Assembly (NCBI GenBank): GCA_964016885.1
Contig: OZ024743.1
Coordinates: 127,286,001-127,350,000 of the forward strand
DNA length: 64,000 bases
Reading direction: 5' to 3'
Source of the DNA: Eledone cirrhosa
Taxonomy: Eukaryota
Shown here: positions 51,158-64,000 of the stretch, one piece after another
Layout: every line of letters starts with the position of its first letter
Position numbering within the stretch: position 1 is the first letter of the stretch
The notes under the pieces: model-generated
Database searches by the model: none
What the model was told of the DNA's origin: nothing
Seen by the model: only the letters and a program-made list of their open reading frames with translations
Translations under genes and position numbers: made by a program

Positions 51158-53036
51158 TAACTTTGAATAACTTTGAATAACTTTGAAATGTTTTGGCCAG
51201 TATTGGCCCAGGCCATGTCTAACTTAATAGCACCACCTGGCGAAGTCTTTCAATTCAGGATTTGGCCACCAAGGCCCATTTGAGAAGAGAATTACTGTTT
51301 GCGGAGACATATCCGGGTGTGGGTGGTTTGTCCGGGATTACTTGGAGGAATTTGTCCAAAGACTTCTTGAATTTTGTGTGGTCAGTTTCTGTTTTGACGT
51401 GTCCTGGTGTGATGTTGAAGAGAGCAGGGCCGATTGAGGTGAAATAATTGTGCCGTATTGTTGTTATGAGTTGCGATTTAGATTTTTGAATGGGACGGAT
51501 AGCACGGGGCCCAAGCCTTGGGTGTATCTTGAAGGCGATGCCAACATCATTTGGGCAGTGATGATGGAACATTTTCCACATCATGCAGATAATATAACGC
51601 TCACGGCGACGTTGGAGTGAGTAAAGTTTCAGGTTTTCTAATCGACCCCAGTAGTCAAGGTCTGACATGCCATCTATCTTTTTCGTGATTGCCCTTTGAG
51701 GAGCTTCAAGTTTCATGATACTTTGTTTCGTGTGGGGAGACCACAGTGGACAACAGTATTCAAGGTGTGGTCGGGCAAAAGTAGAGAAGAGAAGGATAAT
51801 GGTGCGGGAATCTCTCGACTGGAAGGTTCTGAGGATCCAGGAACACATTCTGCGGGCCATGTCAACTTTGCTGCTTATATGCGTGGTCCAGCTTATGTTG
51901 CTGTCCACGGTTACTCCCAAGTCTCTGATGTTGTTAGATGCCACGAGAGTTTCCCCGGAGGGAAGGGAGTACGGGAGTTTCAGAGCATCCTCTTTTCCAA
52001 AGTGGATCAGTTCGAATTTGTCCTCGTTCAGTAACATGTTGTTCTTTTCTGCCCATTGGGTAACAGCCAGTAGGTCTGACTGAAGGCTTATCCGGTCATC
52101 CACGCCATTGATGACCTTTTGGAGCTTGGAATCATCAGCGAAAATTTTAATGTTGCTGTGTTTGATGATGTCAGTGATGTCATTAATATAGATGATGAAG
52201 AGAAGTGGGCGCAACACAGTGCCTTGTGGGACCCCACTACTGACTTTGGCTGGGCTTGATTTGACTCCCTCAACTACAACATGTTGGGTTCTGTTTGACA
52301 GGAAGCTCTTGATCCACTGCAGCAGCTTTCCAGTGACACCAATATTGGACAGCTTTCTCAGTAGAATGTTATGATCAACCCTGTCAAAGGCCTTGCTGAA
52401 ATCAAGGTAGATAACATCAGTGTTGGAACCCTCTCCCAAGGCTCTCAAAATGTCATCAAAGTGATGCAGTAGCTGCGTCAGGCAATCCCTTCCATTACGG
52501 AATCCATGCTGGTTGGAGTTCAGCATATTGTTACTCTCAAGGAAGTGGGTCATTCGCGATCTCACCACTCTCTCAAATACCTTAATGATATGAGAGGTGA
52601 GTGAGATTGGACGGTAATTCACGGCAAGGGATTTGTTTCCCTTTTTGAAAACTGGGACAACAGACTGGGATAGAAGGTTTTCTGGCACATATCCAGCATC
52701 CAGTGAGTTCCGCCACAGATTGGCAAGAGGAGATGCAAGTTGGTGTCGACACGCCTTCAAGACACAAGCAGGGAACCTATCGGGACCTACTGCTGAATTA
52801 TGCTTGATTTCCTTTATTGCCGCCAAGACATCAGGGGCGCCAAACGTTATGTCCGATAAGGTGTAATGGGGAGTAACATCGCCGATACAGCCCAGATCGG
52901 CCATATCAGGATTGCTGAAAACAGAGCAGTATTGTTTCTGCAGTATCTCACCCATGGTTTTAGCATTGTCTTGAAGAGTGCCATCTTCATCAATTAGAGG
53001 GCCAACAGTAGAGCCAGTGATTTTGTGTTTTTATAC
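51158..53036 (-). mobile_element. CR1-group LINE, 5'-truncated, uninterrupted RT ORF, 10-bp tandem tail
   Basis: ORF 51255..52955 (NYRPISLTS, QHGFR, YLDFSKAFD, GVPQG, FADD, RDLGV, RPHLEYC...WSP); frame stays open upstream to about 53035; tail (TTCAAAGTTA)3 at 51158-51187. Confidence 0.93.
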
Positions 53037-56095
<3,059 letters not shown>

Positions 56096-56096
56096 T

Positions 56097-56418
56097 AACA
56101 TCCGCTTTTTCCCTGCTTGCAAGGGTGAGACGGGAACTGATTCTGGCTTGATTTCTACAGCTGGATGCCCTTCCTAACACCAACCTCATTTACAGCGAGT
56201 GCTGTGTGTTTTTTTGCCGTGGCACCTCCACGACCACTTTGCAGTGGAATGATAGGGACCCCAGTCCTATCATCTCATTTCTACAGCTGAGCAAACTGGA
56301 GCAATGTGCAATAAAGTGTCTTGCTCAAGGAAACAACACATCACCCAGTCTGAAAATTGAACTCACAACCTTTCGATTGCAAGGCAAATGCTCTAACCAC
56401 TAAGCTATGTGCCTCCAT
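56097..56418 (-). mobile_element. tRNA-CORE-RTE SINE (family 1)
   Basis: similar to 25234-25583; lacks the (GAT)n tail. Confidence 0.9.
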
Positions 56419-56456
56419 AGTGCTTTTTTATATATGTGTATATATGTGTCTGTATA

Positions 56457-56487
<31 letters not shown>

Positions 56488-56514
56488 GTGTATATATGTG
56501 TGTGTATATACGTG

Positions 56515-56875
56515 TCTAGGGCGGGTAAATTTCTGAGATCCATGGACGAGTTCTCTCCAGCGGTCGCTGTCCCTCATTATCGCTGCCATGTCCTGCATCT
56601 CCAACAGACCAGTGTCTGATGTCCTGCATCTCCAACAGACCAGTGTCTGTCCTAGGGCATCAACAAATTTCCCTGAACATCTACTACATATGAAGTTTTC
56701 CCTTCCTGTTAGTTTGCCTGCTATCCCACTACACCTCTTGTGTATGCAAGATCTGCATTGTGTACATTCTATAGAGTTTATGCCAACTCCTTTGTATATC
56801 AAACATGGCCATTTCCCTGATAGAATCAGAGTTTTGTCCTCTTTCCTACTTAACACTTTAGTCTTAGCTAGGTTC
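56515..56875 (-). mobile_element. chimeric RTE fragment: family B PHD segment joined to family C 3' end
   Basis: 56515-56664 matches 20024-20145 (with a 31-bp tandem duplication 56588-56649); 56665-56875 matches the region from 23500 onward and 33485-33690. Confidence 0.85.
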
Positions 56876-57614
56876 AGGAATATTCATAGGCATATGTATG
56901 TAATACTGCAAAAAAAAAAAAAGTTAAATGAGGAGGAAACCTGTTACTTCTTATATGTTAAAACATACACAAGCTAGATTAAATCGAAATTCTTTAGGGG
57001 TAAAAATAAACAAAAATAAAATAAAATAGCAATAAAAAAGTAAAAAATAAACTAAAAATATTAATTTAACCAACTAAATATAAACTAAAATAATTATAAA
57101 AGGAAAGCAAAAAAGGAAGCAATTCATGTAATGGGAAATGGTAAACAAGCAGAATGCTGTTGAAATGAGAAGAATGAGAGTTTAAAATATGAGATAAACT
57201 TAACAAGATGAGATGTGAAGAGAGTAGGAAGGTAACGTGGATTTTGGTTGCCAGTAGGAACAAGATTAATTGGAAAAGTACTTAGTTCTAGCAGTTAAAG
57301 TCTCAGTCAGTCTTATATAACATGGAGGTTAGCATCACATACTTTGTGTGTGTGTGTGTGTGCATGCGAGAGAGAGAGAGAGAGCTATTTTTAGAGCAAT
57401 ATGTCAAAAGATGAGGAGTGTTGGTATGGTGTCGTAAGATTTCATGGTTTACAAACAAAACCTATTTGGAAAATATATTGAAAGCTAATGCTCCAGTGTG
57501 GCCACAGTTTAATAACTGAAACCAGTAAAAGAATAAACAAAAAAAAATGAAGATGAAGAGAGAGGGAGGTAAAGACAAAGGAATTTCAGCAAATTTAGAA
57601 ACAAAGGCATTGGA

Positions 57615-57770
57615 GTGAATGCATGATTAGGAAATTCACTTATAATCATATAGTTCTTGGTCAATTCTACTGTGAAGCTCCTTGAGCAAGTAACTTCTAC
57701 CATAGCCTTATGTTGATCAAAACCTTGTGAGTTGAATGTGAGATGAGAACTGTGCAGTAACCCATTTATC
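57615..57770 (+). mobile_element. old degenerate tRNA-CORE SINE of octopus type
   Basis: CCTTGAGCAAGTAACTTCTACCATAGCC...CAAAACCTTGTGAGT resembles recalled octopus SINE sequence. Confidence 0.55.
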
Positions 57771-58264
57771 AAGCTAACTAGCTAGCTATTTCCTATTTGT
57801 CATGATAACCTCTCTAATATTGATGCCACAATAAAATGTACTCACTAGACTTAGGAAAGTAAACTAGCCATAGAAACCATACCAAAATTGGAATGTATGT
57901 AAGCAAGACATGGCCCCCTAATAATCATCGTGGAGGACAGTAGCTCTGATTAAGTACTGACTTGGTCTGTAACAGTCAGCATAAAGGCATATGAAATGAT
58001 GATAAGAGGAAAGAGGAGGAGGATGCAGTCAGTTACAAGATGAATTGATAAAGAGTATAGAAAATAGATTTACTTAAATAAAAAAAAAGTTAACAGAAAG
58101 ATAAGAAATAAAAGCTAAAAAAACAAAAAAAAATTCCATTAAAGAATATTTCTTTAGTTGGAAATGTTTGTAAAAATGCCATTTTGTCAATTCTTAACAC
58201 CTTATACTGCAAGAAACCACATTAGCAAGACACTCATGAAAAGTACAAAGCAGCGCTATGACTG

Positions 58265-58611
58265 CATCATCATCATCATCATTTCATTTTACGTCCGCTT
58301 TTTCCCTGCTTGCAAGGGTGGGACGGGAACTGATTCTGGTCTGATTTCTACAGCTGGATGCCCTTCCTAACACCAACCTCATTTACAGTGAGTGCTGGGT
58401 GCTTTTTTGCCGTGGCACCTCCACGACCACTTTGCAGTGGAATGATAAGGACCCCAGTCCTATCATCTTATTTCTACAGCTGAGTAAACTGGAGCAATGT
58501 GAAATAAAGTGTCTTGCTCAAGGAAACAACACATCACCCGGTCTGAGAATTGAACTCACAACCTTTTGATTGCAAAGCCAATGCTCTAACCACTAAGCCA
58601 TGTGCCTCCAT
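58265..58611 (-). mobile_element. tRNA-CORE-RTE SINE (family 1), full length
   Basis: near-identical to 25234-25583. Confidence 0.92.
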
Positions 58612-58689
58612 GTGCATCACATTAAAAATTAGTCCTTACTCTAATACTGCAAATTTTCATAATGATCTGTCCATTACTAAAGAGACTAT

Positions 58690-59330
58690 AGACATTTGAA
58701 TTAAGAAACCCATCTTTAGATATTTTCTGCTGAACAGTGGCCTCGGCATCCAATCCGCTTTTGATCTGGCACTACTGGCCTACCTCTCCTTAATCTAGAT
58801 GACAAGTGCACTTACATTGGAGTGGCCCAATGCTTTAGTCTCCATGTGTGTGTGAGCCACACATGTCGTTGTGGGGCCGTCGTTGACAAGTTTGCCCTGC
58901 ACCCACTTTCATGTCGCCAGATCACAGGCTGTTTCACCCGACATGCTGTTCCCAACAACATATTGAGAAGGACCCTGCATGCAGCTGGCTTCACATCACA
59001 ACTGGAGCCATCAGACCTCAACTGCAGAGACGGCAAGTGCCCCAACACAATTACCTCTACTCATTCATAGGAGGTAAATCCTTCATCTGGGAGACCACAT
59101 GTTGTGACACATTCTCTGCTTCCAACTTAGTCGCTTCAGCCACAAACTCTGGTACTGCAGCCCTCAAGGCAGAAGAAAAACAAATACCTGGGCTTGTCCA
59201 GCTGCTGTTAAAACCTCAGGTGTACTGCAAAGTTGGAATGTCAGTAACTCGTCTGAGGAAGAAGCCCTGTGAGGTGTTGCCGTAGGTGTCGCTGGCCATT
59301 GTCCATGGAAACACCTTTGCAGTTTTATCC
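58690..59330 (+). mobile_element. CRE-clade non-LTR retrotransposon relic (zinc knuckle plus restriction-like endonuclease)
   Basis: HTCRCGAVVD...H.LSC...RH...N...EP..L...DGKCPN...GK..IWETTC.DT...S......G.AA..AE; with stop and frameshift. Confidence 0.75.
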
Positions 59331-59737
59331 AAGGGGTGCAGCCCAAACACTGCCCAGCCCTAAACCCAGAGCCCATCACCCTCTCCCCCAGTTTTTTCTG
59401 TGGGTCAATATTTCTTACTTTTTCCCTCCTTTTCCTCTAATTTATGGCATTTGTAGTCCTTTCTTCTACTTTACCATACTGCTAAATTTGTCCTTCTTTA
59501 CTCCTTCCCATTTTTCTCCTTACTTAATTTTGTTTTTATCTTTCTTTTTCACATTTATGTAATCAATGGTTTTTAAGCCATTTGTGAGTGAAACACATAT
59601 TGAGAATAAACATTTATTTTATACTAGCTGGCCCATCTGGCTGGCGCACGGCTACCATTGGCGTGTTCTACGGCATCCAGATGTATAGCTGACGTACCTA
59701 GCTTTGCTTGGATAAACAGACGATAAGCCATCTGTGT

Positions 59738-59930
59738 TGTATAGTATTACTGTTGAAAATAGATAGTATAGTATTACTGTTGAAAATAGATAGTATAGTA
59801 TTACTGTTGAAAATATATAGTACAGTATTACTGTTTAAAATATATAGTGTAGTACAGTACTACTGTTGAAAATATATATAGTATAGTTTTACTATTGAAA
59901 AGATATAGTACAGTATTACTATTGAAAATA
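59738..59930. repeat. ~27-bp minisatellite GTATAGTATTACTGTTGAAAATAGATA
   Basis: about 7 imperfect units. Confidence 0.85.
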
Positions 59931-61764
59931 TGTACACAAATATATAATTATATATCTATACATATATATAAAATTGAAATTGTCGGTGTGTGTGTCCTAA
60001 GTTTTGCAAAGTCTATACAAATCCACATTTCTACTCCGATTGACTTCAAACTTGCATTTATATATTCCTTGCGGTCGAAAGATATTAACTGTAGATTTTA
60101 TTTTTCAATTTTCTGTTGTTAAAGGCGTGTTAGGCGCCGGTTATCGATCTCTCTCTCTCTTTATTAGTCTGTCTTTTTAGATAGATACATAACTATAAGG
60201 TCGCACCCTTATAATATCTGTCTGTATGTCTGGCTGTCTGCATTACGACATTATGACAAAAATTATTCTCATTGATTACGTATTTTCTTTGCTATTTTCT
60301 GTTCTTTCTCAGGGGACGTCTTCACGAACCAAAGTATCGTCTTCCTGTTTTCCTTCGGTTGCAACGTTTTTCAAAATATTTACTTCTGCGTTCACAGATT
60401 GATTGATTTTTAGTTTCAGAAGATACCGTTAAGGGTGAAAGCACACGTTGTAAGCAATGTCAATGTTACTGCTGCTACATAGGACTCCCATTAACACTGA
60501 ACTTTCACCTTTGCGGTCTGCATTTCCATCTGCAGGCCAACATGGAATGGTCTTCATAGTAGTCAGTTTATTGAGGGAGAAACAAAAGGGTCTCAAATTT
60601 GCCGTCCAAAAAACCCATTGACAATAACGAAAACTGCTAACATCAACGCAGAATGATACATTGCAGGTTGCTTTAACCCGTCTTTTATTAATCAAAAAAC
60701 TTCTTGCCAATAAACATTAACCCTTTGTGCGCCATTCATCTAACTGTAGACCAACAAATACCAACTAAATGGAGAGTTGACAAGAACGAAGGCGAATGAA
60801 TCTTTGAATGAATCTTTAAATGAATCTTTAAGCAGTTTTCTCCCGAGCTGTTAGTTCACGCGGGATTCTCTGCTACACCTTTTCATAATAATACCGAACA
60901 ACATAGTGCTGGTCACTCCTTCCTCCAAAAGCCGTACAAAGCGGACATGTGCATTGGGCAGATGAATTGGGTGCAAATCTACACCAGGCCTACGCGAGAA
61001 ATACACAAGGGACTGCACCAAGAGGGATATAGAGAAAGAGTAACTTAGAGGAAAGAGTGCGAATGAACTTTTGAGGAAAGTAGCCTACGCCTTACTGCTA
61101 TGGCACTGGAACCTTCTGCCAACTTAACCTGTGATTTTCTCTTTCACATTTACTCCAATGGGCCAAAACAGAGTGGAAACGCTGGGGGACTATTGTAAAC
61201 AATATTTCTATGAACCATGCACGTAGACAGCTAAATTGTACTTTCAACTTCTTAATTTTCTACAAATAAAACAAGTTTCCTGTCGGTATATTTTCGTGAG
61301 TTTTTAACAGGCACTCACAAACAAATAAACGTTTCTCATTGGAGGTGCTATTGCCAATGTTCTTACCCATGCAACACTGGTATACACTGCTAGTATATAT
61401 ATAATTAATTAAGAGTTGGTTAGAAGCGAAGTCAATGCAGACAGACAAACAGACATTATAAGTACGCTACGTTATAGCTATATATCTATCTAAAAAGAGA
61501 GGAATGTCGTATCATCATCATCATCATTGTTTAACGTCTATCTTCCACGCTAGCATGGGTTTATATATATTATATGTAATAAAGTACCAGTAATGTACTG
61601 TGATAATTGCTGGCCTTGTGCCAAAAGTAGAAACAATTATACTTCTTTTTTATACAACTGCAAATAAGATGTTTATGTATGTATATATATGTATATATAC
61701 GTATAAAGGAATACTGTAATAAAATGTACAAATTAAACTGTCTCTTATTTATGCTACTAACACT

Positions 61765-62048
61765 CATCATCATTCATCATTTCATTTTACGTCCGCTTTT
61801 CCCTGCTTGCAAGGGTGGGATGGGAACTGATTCTGGCTTGATTTCTACAGCTGGATGCCCTTCCTAACACCAACCTCATTTACAGTGAGTGCTGGGTGCT
61901 TTTTTGTCGTGGCACCTCCACGACCACTTTGCACTCATTTCTACAGCTGAGTAAACTGGAGCATTGTGAAATAAAGTGTCTTGCTCAAGGAAACAACACA
62001 TCACCCGGTCTGAGAATTGAACTCACAACCTTTTGATTGCAAGGCCAC
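61765..62048 (-). mobile_element. tRNA-CORE-RTE SINE (family 1), head-truncated with an internal deletion
   Basis: alignment by eye to 58265-58611. Confidence 0.88.
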
Positions 62049-62559
62049 TATATATACACACACACACTATATATACACATACACACACACAGATAACGAA
62101 GTCAATATACAGAATGGTTTCCATAATGCAGACAGCCAGACATACAGAGACATATTATAAGGGTGCGACATTATAGCTATGTATCTATCTAAAAAGACAG
62201 AGTAAGAAAGAGAGAGGAATGTTGTATAACTGGAAGTGTTGACATTTGAAAATTTTAAAGAAGTGAATATTTAAATAAACAATAACATATCTTTAATCTT
62301 TTAACGAAATTTAGTAGACAAAAATACCCTCACTTTCTTACTTGGCAAAAGTTACATCTATGGTGCAAATTTGGTGCCGTTTGGTCCAGCCCTTTGGTGA
62401 AAAGTTTGTTACATACATACGGCCGTCAGCTTTATTAATATAGATTATTACAGAGTGTTAAGAATTAAGCCGCACTATACTTCACCATCTCGTACCCTCC
62501 TTCACTATTATTGTGGAATTAGACAGATAGTTGATGTTCTCACTGTCTCTTACTGTTAG

Positions 62560-62812
62560 TTCTATAGTAAATTGACAGATATTGCATTGTAGTAGTAAAT
62601 TGACTGATATTGAACTATAGTAAATTCATGGGTAAAGAATTATAGCAGATTGACAAATATTGAACTATAGTAAATTGACAGATATTGACCTCTAACTGTA
62701 AATTGACAGAAATTAACCTATAGTATTAAATTGACAAATTTAGAAATGTAGTAGTAAACTGACAGAAATTGAGATCTAGTAAATGGTTAGTTATCAAACT
62801 ATAGTAAACTAC
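62560..62812. repeat. ~25-bp minisatellite TAGTAAATTGACAGATATTGAACTA
   Basis: about 9-10 degenerate units. Confidence 0.8.
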
Positions 62813-63024
62813 GGATCTGAATGATTTCTGACTATAGAATTAATCACACACACGAGCATATTATATGTACACACATACTCACACATGCTTAAAGAAATTA
62901 AACATGTCAGCATAAAAGGTTGCGTATTTTGACAAAAATATTTAAAACTCTATGCATGTGTGTGTGTGCTTGTTTGTTGTATGTGTGTGTGTGTGCTTGT
63001 TTGTTGTATGTGTGTGTCTCTATG

Positions 63025-63215
63025 AGAGTGCAGAGAAATCTCAGTGGATGGGACTCAAGGAAGAGACTCAAGGAAGAGGTAGACAGAGGAAGACATGGAA
63101 TATAATAGTGAAGATCAACCTGAAGAAACTGAATCTTATGACAGATAACAAAGGACTGTTAGTATTGGCAACTTGCTTTACTGTAGAAGACCAACCTACC
63201 AGCTTAAAAATGTGA
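63025..63215 (+). mobile_element. old RTE 3' relic
   Basis: GRGRQRKTWNIIVKINLKKLNL resembles the RTE C-terminus. Confidence 0.6.
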
Positions 63216-64000
63216 GCTGACCCATCACACACATATATGTATGCATGTATGTAACTACCTCTATCTCTTTCCATATATGTGTATGTATATAAACTAAATA
63301 TCTATCACTGTTGTTTCTGTCAACAGTTTATAATTCTTAAGCTGCTCACTCCCACACTCCCTCCTGCCTTCCTACAATCCAACCATCCTGCCATCCCACC
63401 ATCCTGCCATCTCAACATTTTTCTCTAGGACTTGTTTGTATCAGAAGTAACATAAAACCTATGTTTACTCTTTGATTTATATTCTGATTCTGGTTTAGAA
63501 CTAACTTATCTTCTAAGAGTTTCTCCCCATCACACACACAAACACACACATGCACACAGCCACACACCAAACATTGTTTCAAGTTCAAATGCAAACATTT
63601 CTGTTGAGCGTTAAGAAAATTGATAAACTTCTCAATACTTTTTACAGTGTGTATCCAGTTAAGAATAAAAGTACATCATATTCCTGAAAGTTGTTAGAGT
63701 TGATTAAATGGGTTGGTGCCTAAAAGAGCACCTGGCTGTAAAACATTGCTTTGAAAATGACTCTATGATTAATATGAAGCGTCATGAGGCTCTCAAGACT
63801 AACCACTGCTTTAGCAAGGAAAATGGTCTCAAAATGCTTATTATTGGTGTTTAATCAAACTCAGTCCACAATATAAATTTTGCAATGTTAAGTAGAATGA
63901 CCCCAAAACCTCATGTATGAGAGTAATGCTGGGTGTCAAACTCTCTGCTCATGTATCAAATATTGATTTATACAAAAAAGATAGAACCATCATCTTCCTT

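Larger units (their letters stand above)
59624..62444 (-). mobile_element. non-autonomous Helitron-like composite element
   Basis: minus strand A|TCTATATTAATAAAG at 62444 and GC-rich subterminal segment plus CTAG|T at 59624; whether these two ends belong to one element is inferred. Confidence 0.5.

Noticed and set aside
59738-59930. CRISPR-like array (also 62560-62812)
   Set aside because: Contiguous tandem units without unique spacers, eukaryotic context, no cas genes.

Overview
Eukaryotic, extremely repeat-rich DNA with no recognisable host exon. The SINE repertoire (tRNA-CORE-RTE SINEs, Meta-like SINEs, an octopus-type old SINE) suggests a cephalopod, probably an octopod; this is inference. 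Roughly half of the window is compound (TA)n microsatellite whose interrupting motif changes by domain, and there is one 200-N scaffold gap. Embedded in the TA tracts are fragments of many retroelements: two RTE families that carry a PHD-type zinc finger inside the reverse transcriptase, a third RTE-like family, a BovB-like RTE with C-terminal C2H2 fingers, a Tx1/L1-like LINE, a CR1-group LINE and a CRE relic. There are also several Penelope-like elements (PLEs) and pLTR fragments, SINEs, a MITE and a Helitron-like element. The most interesting signals are three. (i) A set of PLE pLTRs carry minimal hammerhead ribozymes, including a ~520-bp ORF-less fold-back element with twin hammerheads that shares exact end geometry (arm end, 55-56 nt tail, N-terminal peptide) with a coding PLE 30 kb away. 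(ii) The RTE RT carries the PHD finger. (iii) One RTE family appears to have adopted a SINE-type 3' half as its own 3' end. The many poly-(Ile-Tyr) ORFs are translation artefacts of TA repeats. All coordinates and alignments were made by eye.
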